Positions 17,291 to 26,936 of a stretch of DNA of 50,774 bases are shown piece by piece. A program made the position numbers and the translations under genes. Source of the stretch: an uncultured Pseudomonadales bacterium (lineage in GTDB: Bacteria; Patescibacteriota; Microgenomatia; UBA1400; MFAQ01); contig CAZPFY010000002.1 in assembly GCA_964586045.1 (NCBI GenBank), positions 5,833 to 56,606 on the forward strand, read 5' to 3'. Position 1 is the first letter of the stretch, and the number at the start of each line of letters is the position of its first letter. The notes under the pieces were generated by a model, which was given only the letters and a program-made list of their open reading frames with translations, was not told the DNA's origin and did no database searches.

Positions 17291-19723
17291 TTAGTTTGTA
17301 TAAATGCTTCCACAGCCGACAAAATCTACACAGTGTTCTTTTATCCTTTTTCCACCAGCGGGACACTTGTTGTAATCGATACCAACATATTCCATGTGGA
17401 TATGTGGCGAATTAAAAAGAAGAGATGAATCAACAAGTCCAATTTTTTGCCCTTGCTTTACGCTTTGACCAACTTTAACACTTATTCCTGACATGTGGCC
17501 AAAAATGACTGTAAACTTACCAGCAGTATTTGAAGCCTCTATCTTTACGGAATTTCCGTAATTGCTATAGTCACCAACAAAAGAAATGTTGCCGTCAACT
17601 GGTGAAAGCAGTGGTTTTCCGTTAATATCAGGTCCCCAGATATCAATGGCTTGAAGACTACTTCTTGAATGTGTTCCTCCCAAGGGTCCTTCTATAACTT
17701 GATACTTGCCGGCAATTGGCCAGGCACAGTCACCGCTAGGAGTAGCGGCGAGTTCGCCGTATTTTACTTTTTCGACGGAGTCAAACTGGACGAGAGTGGA
17801 GAGAATGGGGGCGGTAAGAAAAGTGAGAGTGAGGAAAACGGCAATGGTGGCGAGAGAAAGCCAAATAATACCAACGGCGGAAATAACAGCAGCCTTGGTG
17901 GCAGTGCCAAACATCTTGGCGCCACGATTGACAGCAAAAGCCGTAGCAGCAAGGGCACCGAGACCTAAAAGGAGAGCCTTTTTGTTCTCTTTGTCATCTT
18001 CTTCGGTGATACCAAAGGCATTTTTTATTTCTTGATAACCCTTTTTGATAACAGAAAAACCAACAGAAATTAGAAGAATGCCGGCTTCGATAATTAAACT
18101 TAATCCGGCGGTGGAAATACCAAGGGCAACGGACGCGGCGGCCAGAGCTGACTCTCCAGCTGCCATAGCAGCAACTTTTCCGGCTTCAACTCCAGCTTTT
18201 TTGGCAGCGGCAACAATTAGTTTTTTGGTAACTTCGTCGGCAAATTTTTTGGCTCCTGCTTTTAGGCCGTCATCAAGAAGATATTTTTCAAACCTTTTAC
18301 TGACAGCTTCGCCAAACTGATTTTTAATTTGGTTACCGGCGTATTTACCGATTTGCTTGTTGAGATAAGTGCGGCCTGAGCCTATGGGGTCGAGAAGATA
18401 GTTGACTTTTTTGTAGGCACCATCCAGTTCTTTTCCGAGTTTGGAGTTTTTGATTTGCTTGAGTTGAAACTCGATTTGTTTTTGGAGGGTGCGATTGCTT
18501 TTGAGGAATTGAGAGGTTTTGGAATCCCTTTTGTCTAAAATCTCCTTAAGCTTGTCGGGGCTAACTCCTTTGCTATAAAGATCTATGGCTGTGGCGTTTT
18601 TACCTCCAGTTGTTTTGACTGTTTCAGAGACTCTAGCCCCAAGGCCACTAGGATTTACGTTTAAGGAGGGGTAGTCTTGACGAATAATTTTTTCAAGCTC
18701 TTGAGCTTTTTGAGCAAGAGGATCTTTTTGTTGAAAAAGTAATTTTGATTTTGGGAAAGACTCACTAAGCTTGTTTATAACCAAGCTAATTTCTTTTTTT
18801 TGGGCCTCACCAGCAAAGACGTCGTAATCTTCGTTTTGAACATACAAGCTGTGAACAAACTCTTTGTTGGATTGAGTATTGTCAAAATCTAAACGGTTGA
18901 TTTTGGAGTTTATTTCATCTGCTTTGTCGGAGTAGGGATCTGTTTCTTCAGCTATCAGTTTTTCTTGGACAAGACGATCTATCTCGTCGTAAGCGGTTTT
19001 TCTGCCTGTCTGTTCTTTGATGGCAAGAGAACTAACAGTATTAAGATCGTTGTAATTATCTATTTCTATCGCTCCTGTTTCGGCTAGATAAACAATATTT
19101 TCTAGTGCTTCGTTAAATTGGTCTGTAGTGAGATCTTTTCCTCCTTGGGCCAGGAGAGCAATTTCTGCAAATTTATATGTATTTTTCAGAATATCACTTC
19201 GTGATTCAGCCTTTGGGTTTATGGATTGACGATATCGTTCCTCGCTTTTTTCCTCTAATTCCTTTTGTCTTTCTTTGTCAGCGTTTTTGTAAATTAGTCT
19301 TACCTTTTCTTTCTCGAGCCAGGTTTTGCGAGCTCTTTTGACCAGTTCGGTTACAGAGTGGGGGTTGTCTGTATCTAGACGACTAGCGAGATTATCTTTG
19401 TTGAGAGCGACCTTGGCACCAATGTTGGGATCGATGTTGGAGATTTCTTTTGTGGCACCTTCTTCTTTTATTCCGGCTTCTTTTTTTAGTTTTGATGTAA
19501 GATTGTCGCTAAGAGAGTTGCTGAAACCATAAAAGTGGCAGAAAGAATCTAGGTCAGTTATGGCTCCAACGTTTAGTTCGGGATTGCTTAGGTAAATATC
19601 ATAAGCTTGGACAACAAAGGAGATTTCATGAGGTTTTAGTTTGTCAAAACTTTGGCGATTAAAACAAATTGCCCTAGCTATTTCTAGAATATATAGATCT
19701 TGGGCGGCGAGAGTCTTATCCAT
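17291..19723 (-). CDS. Large helical membrane protein with a C-terminal M23 metallopeptidase domain
   Basis: Ala/Gly-rich TM segments, then WPIAG...H...QAID, SPVDG, YGNSVKI, FGHM, VKVGQSVKQGQKIG, PHIHMEY. Confidence 0.8.
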   Translation of the reverse strand: MDKTLAAQDLYILEIARAICFNRQSFDKLKPHEISFVVQAYDIYLSNPELNVGAITDLDSFCHFYGFSNSLSDNLTSKLKKEAGIKEEGATKEISNIDPNIGAKVALNKDNLASRLDTDNPHSVTELVKRARKTWLEKEKVRLIYKNADKERQKELEEKSEERYRQSINPKAESRSDILKNTYKFAEIALLAQGGKDLTTDQFNEALENIVYLAETGAIEIDNYNDLNTVSSLAIKEQTGRKTAYDEIDRLVQEKLIAEETDPYSDKADEINSKINRLDFDNTQSNKEFVHSLYVQNEDYDVFAGEAQKKEISLVINKLSESFPKSKLLFQQKDPLAQKAQELEKIIRQDYPSLNVNPSGLGARVSETVKTTGGKNATAIDLYSKGVSPDKLKEILDKRDSKTSQFLKSNRTLQKQIEFQLKQIKNSKLGKELDGAYKKVNYLLDPIGSGRTYLNKQIGKYAGNQIKNQFGEAVSKRFEKYLLDDGLKAGAKKFADEVTKKLIVAAAKKAGVEAGKVAAMAAGESALAAASVALGISTAGLSLIIEAGILLISVGFSVIKKGYQEIKNAFGITEEDDKENKKALLLGLGALAATAFAVNRGAKMFGTATKAAVISAVGIIWLSLATIAVFLTLTFLTAPILSTLVQFDSVEKVKYGELAATPSGDCAWPIAGKYQVIEGPLGGTHSRSSLQAIDIWGPDINGKPLLSPVDGNISFVGDYSNYGNSVKIEASNTAGKFTVIFGHMSGISVKVGQSVKQGQKIGLVDSSLLFNSPHIHMEYVGIDYNKCPAGGKRIKEHCVDFVGCGSIYTN

Positions 19724-19726
19724 GGT

Positions 19727-21733
19727 TTAGATGGCTGGTGTTGATTCTGGTGGCGGAGATTGCTTCGGCTCGGATACGAGACTCGCAATGACAGATTGTG
19801 AAGTTGTTTCTTCGCCAGTGGAGGATTGTAATGACGATGTGAGATTGTCTTCGGCGAGTTTTTGGGCGGCGGCTTCTTTTTGACGAGCGAGAACTTCGGT
19901 GGGTTTGGTGCTGGCCAGAGCATGTTCGTCTGGCGAAGCGATGATGCGAATAGCAACGTGATTCATGCCGGCAAAAAAGATTCCTTCACCGACTCCGGCA
20001 GAAAGGAGGAGCTGTTTTTCACCTTGGGAAAGAAAGAATACTTCGGAAATTTGGTTTATGGCGGCCGATGACTGTTTGAGAAGCATTTTTAGAGCGGTGT
20101 TGGTGATTATAGCCTTACCGTAAGGAGAACCCAAAAAGTCGTCAACGTTTTGGGAAATAATGGAGACACCAAGGTAATATTTGCGCGCTCTTTTGACAAA
20201 ACCTTGAAGAATTTTGGCGGAGTCTTCATATCGCATTAGATACCAGGCTTCGTCGACAACAAGCATTCTTTTGCGAAGGTCTTTTCTAACCTCTGTCCAA
20301 ACAAAATCCAAAATGTTAAACATGACAATGGGACGAATTTCGTCAGCTATATCTCTTAGGGAAAAGACGGTAATAGGAGCATCGATGTTGATATTGCTTT
20401 GCTGATCAAAAACACCTTTGATAGAACCCATGACAAATCTTTCAAGCCTGGCTGATAGGGTTTTACTAACAGCTTCTTCCATACCAATTAGAGAGCGATA
20501 TAAATCTTCCATGCGTGGCGGTTCCAAGACGTGGGTTGAGGGATCTTCGGTAATTCCTTTTTGGCGATAGGTGAGAACAAGGGCGCGGTTCATGGTGGCT
20601 TCTTCTATGGGGTTCATTTCACCGATCATGATTTTGAGAAGAGACATTAAAAATAAATATTTGTAGCCCATTTCATCTTCGTTACTTTCTTGAGGTTTGG
20701 CAATTTGAAATGGGTTAATTTTGTGTTGAGAGCTGGTAGAAAAAGAAATGTAGTTACCACCAACAGACTTGGTAACCATTTCGTATTCATTTTCAGGGTC
20801 GAGAATAATGACACGAGTGTCAAACATGAGAGATCTAAGAATTTCGAGTTTAACGGTGTAACTTTTTCCGGCGCCAGAAGTAGCAAGAATAAGCATGTTG
20901 GCGTTTTCGAGAGAGAAGCGGTCGAAAATAACAAGAGAGTCGTTGTGGGCGTTAACACCGTAAAGAATGCCTTTGTTGTCAGAAAGTTCGGAGCTGGTAA
21001 AAGGAAATGTGGTAGAGAGAGAGGTGGTGTCCATGTTTCTCGTTATCATCAGCTTATCTTTGGCATAAGGAAGAGTACTTTTGAAGGCTTCTTCCATAGT
21101 TAAAGAGGCAGTTTTGCTGATGATGAGAAGAGATGCAAGCATGGATTGAACTTGAGCGGTGGTAGTGTTGAGTTCTTTTTCGGTTTCAGCGGAGATGCTT
21201 AAATAAAGAGAAAACTGAAAAAATCTTTCGGCTCCCTTAACTAATTGAGATTGAAGAACCTTAGCGTCTTCCAGCCCCGCTTCGGTAGCAGCCCGGGGAA
21301 CTCGACCTCTTTGAATATCGGTATTAATTTCGGCTTCCATTTCGGCGATGCGGTGGCGAAGACTCTCTAAGGTATCTTTGGAATCACTTGGGTAAACAAA
21401 CATAGAAACATCCAAAGAGTGATTAAAGTTTATAAGAGGAGAGAGCCAGTTGGCGGTAACATAACGAGGATAGCCAGTAACAAAAAGGGTGCGGACGTAA
21501 GTGCCGTCGATTTTGATAAAAGAAAAATCGACTTCGATGGCTGAAGGGGCGATGGTGTCTTGAATATTGTTGTCTTGGGGGGTGAGATTTTTGTCGAGAG
21601 TTTTGTTTGGGTCTGGGGATGGAGTTGAATTTATTTGATGGATTCCTTCCTCCGCAGGAATGACAGAAGAAGAATCTGTTGGCGTTGTGGCTGGGTCTTG
21701 TTTTTTACCCAAATTAAATAAGTTAAAAGCCAT
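19727..21733 (-). CDS. virB4: VirB4-like type IV secretion ATPase
   Basis: NMLILATSGAGKS (Walker A), DPENEY, INPF, LVVDEAW (Walker B), KRARKY, SQN; lies downstream of a PrgI-like gene. Confidence 0.88.
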   Translation of the reverse strand: MAFNLFNLGKKQDPATTPTDSSSVIPAEEGIHQINSTPSPDPNKTLDKNLTPQDNNIQDTIAPSAIEVDFSFIKIDGTYVRTLFVTGYPRYVTANWLSPLINFNHSLDVSMFVYPSDSKDTLESLRHRIAEMEAEINTDIQRGRVPRAATEAGLEDAKVLQSQLVKGAERFFQFSLYLSISAETEKELNTTTAQVQSMLASLLIISKTASLTMEEAFKSTLPYAKDKLMITRNMDTTSLSTTFPFTSSELSDNKGILYGVNAHNDSLVIFDRFSLENANMLILATSGAGKSYTVKLEILRSLMFDTRVIILDPENEYEMVTKSVGGNYISFSTSSQHKINPFQIAKPQESNEDEMGYKYLFLMSLLKIMIGEMNPIEEATMNRALVLTYRQKGITEDPSTHVLEPPRMEDLYRSLIGMEEAVSKTLSARLERFVMGSIKGVFDQQSNINIDAPITVFSLRDIADEIRPIVMFNILDFVWTEVRKDLRKRMLVVDEAWYLMRYEDSAKILQGFVKRARKYYLGVSIISQNVDDFLGSPYGKAIITNTALKMLLKQSSAAINQISEVFFLSQGEKQLLLSAGVGEGIFFAGMNHVAIRIIASPDEHALASTKPTEVLARQKEAAAQKLAEDNLTSSLQSSTGEETTSQSVIASLVSEPKQSPPPESTPAI
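19756..19792 (+). repeat. REP/RPE-like element inside the C-terminal tail of the VirB4-like gene
   Basis: gagattgcttcggctcggatacgagactcgcaatgac; read on the - strand as VIASLVSEPKQS. Confidence 0.75.
21640..21664 (+). repeat. REP/RPE-like element inside the N-terminal tail of the VirB4-like gene
   Basis: ggattccttcctccgcaggaatgac; read on the - strand as VIPAEEGI. Confidence 0.7.
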
Positions 21734-21759
21734 AGTTTAAGTATAACTGAAGTCAGAAT

Positions 21760-22419
21760 TTATTGGTGTTGGTTGAAGGAAACTTGATCGGAAATTAAGG
21801 GACTGCTGCTGCTTTGGTTATAAATAGCGTAAAAAAGAGTAACTAGTTCGGTGGTGGTTAGCTGGCTTGCCTTGAGACCGATACGGGCGAACTGGCGAAT
21901 GACGTGGTCTCTTCGGGGGTAGAGAGCCATAGAGGCTTTTTCTTCGATGTAGTCTAAATCAAAGGGTGGTTTTTGAGGATCTTTACTAAAGGGATTAAAA
22001 CTAGACTTAGTAATTCCGAGTTCTATAGCGGAAAAGGTTAAGACAATATAAAACTTTTTTTCGAGAACACGGTTTTCTTTGACGAGAGATTTAACAAATT
22101 GGCGATAGGAAAGGAGAGATTCTTTGACCTTTTGAGAGGAAGTATCTTGAATGCTGGTATCTAATAAATTTATATAATCAGAAATATTTTTTCTTTGGGA
22201 GCGAATAAGAATTTGAATAGAGAAAGAAAGAGAGTTCAGAAGTCCGGCGTAAGTATAAATAGTAGCGTCTTGTTCTTCTTCGGAGAGAAGATTAAAGTTT
22301 AAGGCAGTCGTTTTGAGGACGAGAGAACACGAACCGTCCTTTAAAAAGACAAGGTGGTTTTTGATAGTATAAATATCGAGATGTTCTTGGGTGGAGGATT
22401 TTATTACTTCGGTAGGCAT
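21760..22419 (-). CDS. T4SS-associated protein resembling a stand-alone VirB4/TraC N-terminal or TrsD-like domain
   Basis: STQEHLDI, NFNLLSEEEQ, LNSLSFSIQI, KKFYIV motifs; lies between the PrgI-like and VirB4-like genes. Confidence 0.65.
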   Translation of the reverse strand: MPTEVIKSSTQEHLDIYTIKNHLVFLKDGSCSLVLKTTALNFNLLSEEEQDATIYTYAGLLNSLSFSIQILIRSQRKNISDYINLLDTSIQDTSSQKVKESLLSYRQFVKSLVKENRVLEKKFYIVLTFSAIELGITKSSFNPFSKDPQKPPFDLDYIEEKASMALYPRRDHVIRQFARIGLKASQLTTTELVTLFYAIYNQSSSSPLISDQVSFNQHQ

Positions 22420-22420
22420 A

Positions 22421-23305
22421 TTATTTGAGGGCTTGAATTTTTAGAGGGTTCATAATGGCGCCGGCCAGCTCAATACTGTACTCGCTAAAGGTATAGTCTT
22501 CTTTTTCGGCGAGAATTTGATACAGCCCGTTTTCTAAAGGACGTGCAAAAAGAAATTGGCCTAACTTGTTACTCTTGGTCGCGCGAAGAGTAAGGCCTTG
22601 GTTTTTTATTTCAACCAAAACACCATCTAAAATGTGGCCGTCGGGGGTGAGAGTTAAACCAACTAAGGTGTTGGGGGTGGTGGGAGTAAAAGGGATGGGG
22701 AGGTTTTGAATTTCGGGAGAAGGAGAGGCCGGTATTGGAGAGGTATTTGGGATTGGAGGAACAATCTCTGATTGAGAATCATTTTTTAGTTCTGTTTCGG
22801 GGATGTCGATAATTTTTTCTGCTATTGTTTCTAGTTTGGGAGTTGGAGGTGTTTGTTGTTCTGGAATTGGTGCAATCTCATCTGGAGGAGATTTTTCGGC
22901 AGTGGGAGGAAGAATATCAACAATAGGAGTGTTGGGAACTGACATCTGAGGATCGATTGTGGTTTGGGGGATTGTAGTTGAAACGGCTGGTGAAATGTTT
23001 GAGGTGGCTTCTTGGCCGTGCTTCCAGATGTATTGAGTGGGAGAATAAATGGACTTGATAAAAGCGATGATCCAAACATCTAAAGTTCTACCTTGAACTG
23101 GGACAAAGGCCATACCAACACCAAGAGCGAGAAAAACAAAAGAAAAGGGATATTTAAAAAAGAAAGGGATAGGGGAAGAATAAATGATGACGGCGAGAAT
23201 TATGGAAATACCAAGAGAAGCAAATTGCTTAATGGTCATGTCACCAATCAGCCTAAACTTGTAGTTGCTGATGTCCTGGGGAATGGGGTGTTGTTGGATG
23301 GCCAT
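22421..23305 (-). CDS. prgI: PrgI-family (VirB3-like) protein with a Pro-rich linker and a C-terminal beta-sandwich (carboxypeptidase-regulatory-like)
   Basis: QHPIPQDI..FRLIGDMTIKQF, two TM helices, GRTLDVW; C-terminal G..L.GVLVEI...T.SN.LGQF...L.NG.Y. Confidence 0.75.
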   Translation of the reverse strand: MAIQQHPIPQDISNYKFRLIGDMTIKQFASLGISIILAVIIYSSPIPFFFKYPFSFVFLALGVGMAFVPVQGRTLDVWIIAFIKSIYSPTQYIWKHGQEATSNISPAVSTTIPQTTIDPQMSVPNTPIVDILPPTAEKSPPDEIAPIPEQQTPPTPKLETIAEKIIDIPETELKNDSQSEIVPPIPNTSPIPASPSPEIQNLPIPFTPTTPNTLVGLTLTPDGHILDGVLVEIKNQGLTLRATKSNKLGQFLFARPLENGLYQILAEKEDYTFSEYSIELAGAIMNPLKIQALK

Positions 23306-23368
23306 AGATCTAATTTAGTATATCGTGTTTGAGGGTTGGTGGTAAATATGAGTAAACGAGCCATACTG

Positions 23369-23397
23369 TTGACACTGTATATACATTGTGATATTAT
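23369..23397 (+). promoter_or_regulatory. Sigma70 promoter of TA pair 2 with an internal palindrome
   Basis: TTGACA-17nt-TATTAT; palindrome tgtatataca in the spacer; ATG 4 nt after the -10. Confidence 0.7.
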
Positions 23398-23401
23398 TGG
23401 T

Positions 23402-23686
23402 ATGGTGAAGCGAATAGAATGGAACAAAGATAAGGATAAAATCCTAGTTGAAGGGAGAAAAATTAGTTTCAAGTATGTCGCTGAAATTATTACAAACAAA
23501 GACATTGTAGCTGTTATTAAGCATCCAAACCAGAAAAAATATCCAAACCAGAAGATGTTTTTAATAAACATTAAAAATTATATTTATACAATACCGTTTG
23601 TAGAAGATGAAGAAAAAATATTTTTAAAAACTATCATACCAAGTAGAAAAGCTACCAGAGATTATTTAACAAAAAAACAAAAATGA
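23402..23686 (+). CDS. BrnT-like toxin
   Basis: MVKRIEWNKDK...PFVEDEEKIFLKTIIPSRK; start reassigned to 23402 using the paralog at 2178 and the promoter position. Confidence 0.78.
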   Translation: MVKRIEWNKDKDKILVEGRKISFKYVAEIITNKDIVAVIKHPNQKKYPNQKMFLINIKNYIYTIPFVEDEEKIFLKTIIPSRKATRDYLTKKQK

Positions 23687-23961
23687 ATAAATTAAAACTA
23701 GATAAAGAAGAAAAATATATACTGGAGAAGCTTGAGGCTGGTGAGTTGGAGGAGGTTCCCAATATGCAAGAGGAAATAGCCAGATATAGAGAAATATTTA
23801 AACAAAATTTTAAGAAAGATACTGCTGTGAGTATTCGTCTTAATTCTGATGATTTAAGGAAAATAAAGAGTAAGGCGGCAATTTCTGGATTACCTTATCA
23901 AACCTTACTTTCGACACTAATTCATCACTATGTGACGGATAAAATAAAATTGTCGATATAG
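23683..23961 (+). CDS. BrnA/CopG-like antitoxin
   Basis: VSIRL...IKSKAAISGLPYQTLL; ATGA overlap with the toxin. Confidence 0.78.
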   Translation: MNKLKLDKEEKYILEKLEAGELEEVPNMQEEIARYREIFKQNFKKDTAVSIRLNSDDLRKIKSKAAISGLPYQTLLSTLIHHYVTDKIKLSI

Positions 23962-23992
23962 AGGCGGACGGGTTTTTGCGGTAAGATGGAGT

Positions 23993-26893
23993 ATGGGTGC
24001 TGGTGGTAATATAAGTAATGAATTAATTGATTTTTATAAACAGTTTAAACCTGGCGTGCTTGATGCTGCCGGTATAGATGTAAAATCAGTGGTTAGTAAA
24101 GAAACAAAAAAAGAAAATTTGGTGGCTCAAGTACCTGCTGCGGAAAAAGAAAAAAAAAGGAAGAAGGACAAGAAAAAAAGAAATAAACAAGTTGAGATTG
24201 AAGATGAGAGTGTTGAAACAGAAGATGACGTTGAGAGTATAAAAACAACTAAAGAAAAACTTACTGCTGTAGAAAAAACAATAGCTGGAGAATTGCTGCC
24301 TGTCGTTTCTGTAGAGAAAATAGAAAAAAATATTGATACTGAATCTGAGGAGTATAAACGTGCAAGTATAGAAATTTATAGAGCGTTGTTAATGCTGGGA
24401 GAGGTTCCCTTTTTGGAGAGATTTTTGGTAAGGGGAGAGGGTTTAAGCAGGGTGGAAAAATTGGACTTTTGCGTGGAGGCATTGGTTCAGCATGGAGTAG
24501 ATACAGAGATGAAACTATCTACAACGATGACAGGGGAAGATGAAGAAATAAAAGAGGAGACAAAAAGCAAAATATTGGATTTAAGAGCTTATGTTTTAGG
24601 TACGGATAAAACAATTGAACCTAAGGCTAAGGAGTGGTTAGAAGGAATTGGAGTTGATGAGGTTAGATTAAAGAGTATTAAAGATAGTGTGGATGAAAAA
24701 TATCCCCAATTGTTTGAAGAAGAAGAGGAGCTTTATCGGAGAAGTAAAAAAGAAATTGCGTATGGGATTAACCGTGAATTTGTTGAAGATAATAAGAGCT
24801 TTTATAATCCTATAGATGATTTGAAAATTGCTTATGATTTGGTAGAAGATGGAAACGGTTTTGTTGCGCTTGGCGAAATTACAAAAGATAGTAGCATTAA
24901 AGATGAGGCTAGAAAAAGACTTGAAGAAAATGAATATAATCTGTCTATTGTTGAAGAAAATGGTATCGAAGCTAAAAGAGATTTGGCGTTAAGAATTGCA
25001 GCTGAAATAAATAGTCTTTTGAGTATTTATGTTGAAAGTTGGGTAAAGTCTAATGGGGTTTTGTCCGAATTTATGGGAGTAAATGCAGAGAGGTTAAAAA
25101 AAGAAAGGGTTGAGGAAGAAAAGAAGATAATGGAGCTGGGGGAAGTCTCTTTTTATGACAACATGTTTGAAGATTTGTATTTGTCTGTTTTGTTAGGGGA
25201 TGTTGAAAGCAAACAAGAGGCTATTGATAGACTGAGAGAACATGGAATAAAACCAAAGCAATACGATAAAAATAGTGAAGAAAGTAGACTGAGATACTTG
25301 GAAATTTTAAAAAGTATTGTTGATGGAACTGAAAACAAAAGAAAATTGGAGTGGCAAATAATAAAAAGTCACAAGTTGAATAATAGTGAGGAGTTTAAGC
25401 AAAAATATGCGGATTTGATTGACTCTGCAGGTGAAGATGTTGAGAGAGAAAAAACTATAATGTACCAAGAGGTTTTTGAGGATTTGTGGGTGGTTGAGAA
25501 CGGTAGTGATGAGGAAAAAGTAATTGCGATGGAGAGATTGAAAAATAACGGAATTAAGGTAAAAACGTTTTTGGATAGCGAAAGTTCCGAGAAAGCTGAT
25601 TATCAATACGCTCTAGACTGCATTAAAAATAAAAATTATAGAAGTTGGAGAGGTGGGGAAGAAGAGGTAAAAAACAAGATAAAGGGTTTGGTTGGAATTG
25701 CGGAGAAGGCAGAGAGTGATATTAAGGTTATAAATGTGGAAAAGGTAGAAAAGGTGCCGGTTTGGGATGATGAAGTCTTGAAATTTTTGGATGAGGCGAC
25801 CAAAGATAAAAATAGTCGAGAAAAAAAATCTGCGTTTGAAAAAAAATTAAAGGTAAAAGGTTTTGTGTTTAAAGAGAAAAATCCAGAGGAGGATGAAAAA
25901 CTATATGCGGCAATAGACGCTTGCCTGTTAAATAAGGGTAACGAAAAGCATAAGAATCCGACAGTGGCATTGGCCTATCTAAAAGAATATTTTGGGGTGG
26001 TGGAGGGGGAGAGGGATGAAAACAAGGAAAATTTGGAGAAAAAGATAAAAGATTTGGTTGATAAGAAAGATAGGTTTGGATTATCAGAAATGATGGCTGG
26101 GGGTACAGACGAAAAGTTATTTAACTGGGCAGTGGGGATAATGACTGGAGGAAAACTAAATGAAGAATTCCCGACTTCTGAAAAAGCTTGGGAATATTTT
26201 AAGGCGCATATTAAGATGGGAGGTTTGAGTGGTGAGACAGAAAAAACAAAAGATTCTGGGCAAGTTGAGGCGGAACAGCCGGTGTGGTATCCAGAAGTTT
26301 TGGATGATTTGGACATTGGAACTTTGGACGAAGATGGTGTCGATAGTGTCAAAAAACAGAAAGCTGTAAAGAGGTTGTTAGGTCACGGAATTGATTTGAG
26401 TAAACATAAAAGTTGGAAAAGACTGAAGGAGGCTTTCGATTCGAGGGTAAAATATGGAGATAGGTTTTATGGAAAATTTAAATCAAAAAAGGAAGCTGGG
26501 GATTATATACTGAAATCCTTTGGGGTGGTAAAACCAACCGTTGCTGGCGACGTGAAAGTTGAATTTTCTGAAGATACTTTAAGGGCCGAAGGTGATTTTG
26601 TTGAAGCAGCTGTTGAGCCTGTTGTGGTGCCAGAAGTACGGCCGGTGGTTGTAGAGAGGAATCCTATTAGAAGATTGGAATTGATGTGCGATCCGACCAA
26701 GTGGCAACAGGTTATGAATATTGTTGAAAACTCGAGAACTGAGGAAGAAAAAAAGAAACACAAACTAGCCTTAAGAGCTTTAATTTTTCAACTTGAACAC
26801 CCAGAAGAGCGAGTGAACACAAGAGGCCGATGGGAAACTTTGTATATTCCTTATCTGAGACAGTTGGGTGTGGAGGAATCCAAGCTGGTTTGA
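23993..26893 (+). CDS. Large acidic/charged helical protein with degenerate internal repeats; function unknown
   Basis: 966-aa E/K-rich ORF with no obvious signal peptide or TM segment. Confidence 0.75.
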   Translation: MGAGGNISNELIDFYKQFKPGVLDAAGIDVKSVVSKETKKENLVAQVPAAEKEKKRKKDKKKRNKQVEIEDESVETEDDVESIKTTKEKLTAVEKTIAGELLPVVSVEKIEKNIDTESEEYKRASIEIYRALLMLGEVPFLERFLVRGEGLSRVEKLDFCVEALVQHGVDTEMKLSTTMTGEDEEIKEETKSKILDLRAYVLGTDKTIEPKAKEWLEGIGVDEVRLKSIKDSVDEKYPQLFEEEEELYRRSKKEIAYGINREFVEDNKSFYNPIDDLKIAYDLVEDGNGFVALGEITKDSSIKDEARKRLEENEYNLSIVEENGIEAKRDLALRIAAEINSLLSIYVESWVKSNGVLSEFMGVNAERLKKERVEEEKKIMELGEVSFYDNMFEDLYLSVLLGDVESKQEAIDRLREHGIKPKQYDKNSEESRLRYLEILKSIVDGTENKRKLEWQIIKSHKLNNSEEFKQKYADLIDSAGEDVEREKTIMYQEVFEDLWVVENGSDEEKVIAMERLKNNGIKVKTFLDSESSEKADYQYALDCIKNKNYRSWRGGEEEVKNKIKGLVGIAEKAESDIKVINVEKVEKVPVWDDEVLKFLDEATKDKNSREKKSAFEKKLKVKGFVFKEKNPEEDEKLYAAIDACLLNKGNEKHKNPTVALAYLKEYFGVVEGERDENKENLEKKIKDLVDKKDRFGLSEMMAGGTDEKLFNWAVGIMTGGKLNEEFPTSEKAWEYFKAHIKMGGLSGETEKTKDSGQVEAEQPVWYPEVLDDLDIGTLDEDGVDSVKKQKAVKRLLGHGIDLSKHKSWKRLKEAFDSRVKYGDRFYGKFKSKKEAGDYILKSFGVVKPTVAGDVKVEFSEDTLRAEGDFVEAAVEPVVVPEVRPVVVERNPIRRLELMCDPTKWQQVMNIVENSRTEEEKKKHKLALRALIFQLEHPEERVNTRGRWETLYIPYLRQLGVEESKLV

Positions 26894-26936
26894 TGGTATA
26901 ATTGGCTTGTTATAGGGCAAAATATATATTATAAAA

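Noticed and set aside
18435-18465. Possible minus-strand AAAACTCA array inside the M23 gene
   Set aside because: The period is irregular (7-9 bp) and is plausibly ordinary coding sequence (QLKQIKNSKL) on the C-rich strand; kept only as a weak possible exception to polarity
23336-23401. N-terminal extension of the BrnT-like toxin
   Set aside because: This stretch contains the promoter, and the paralog at 2178 begins at MVKRIEW
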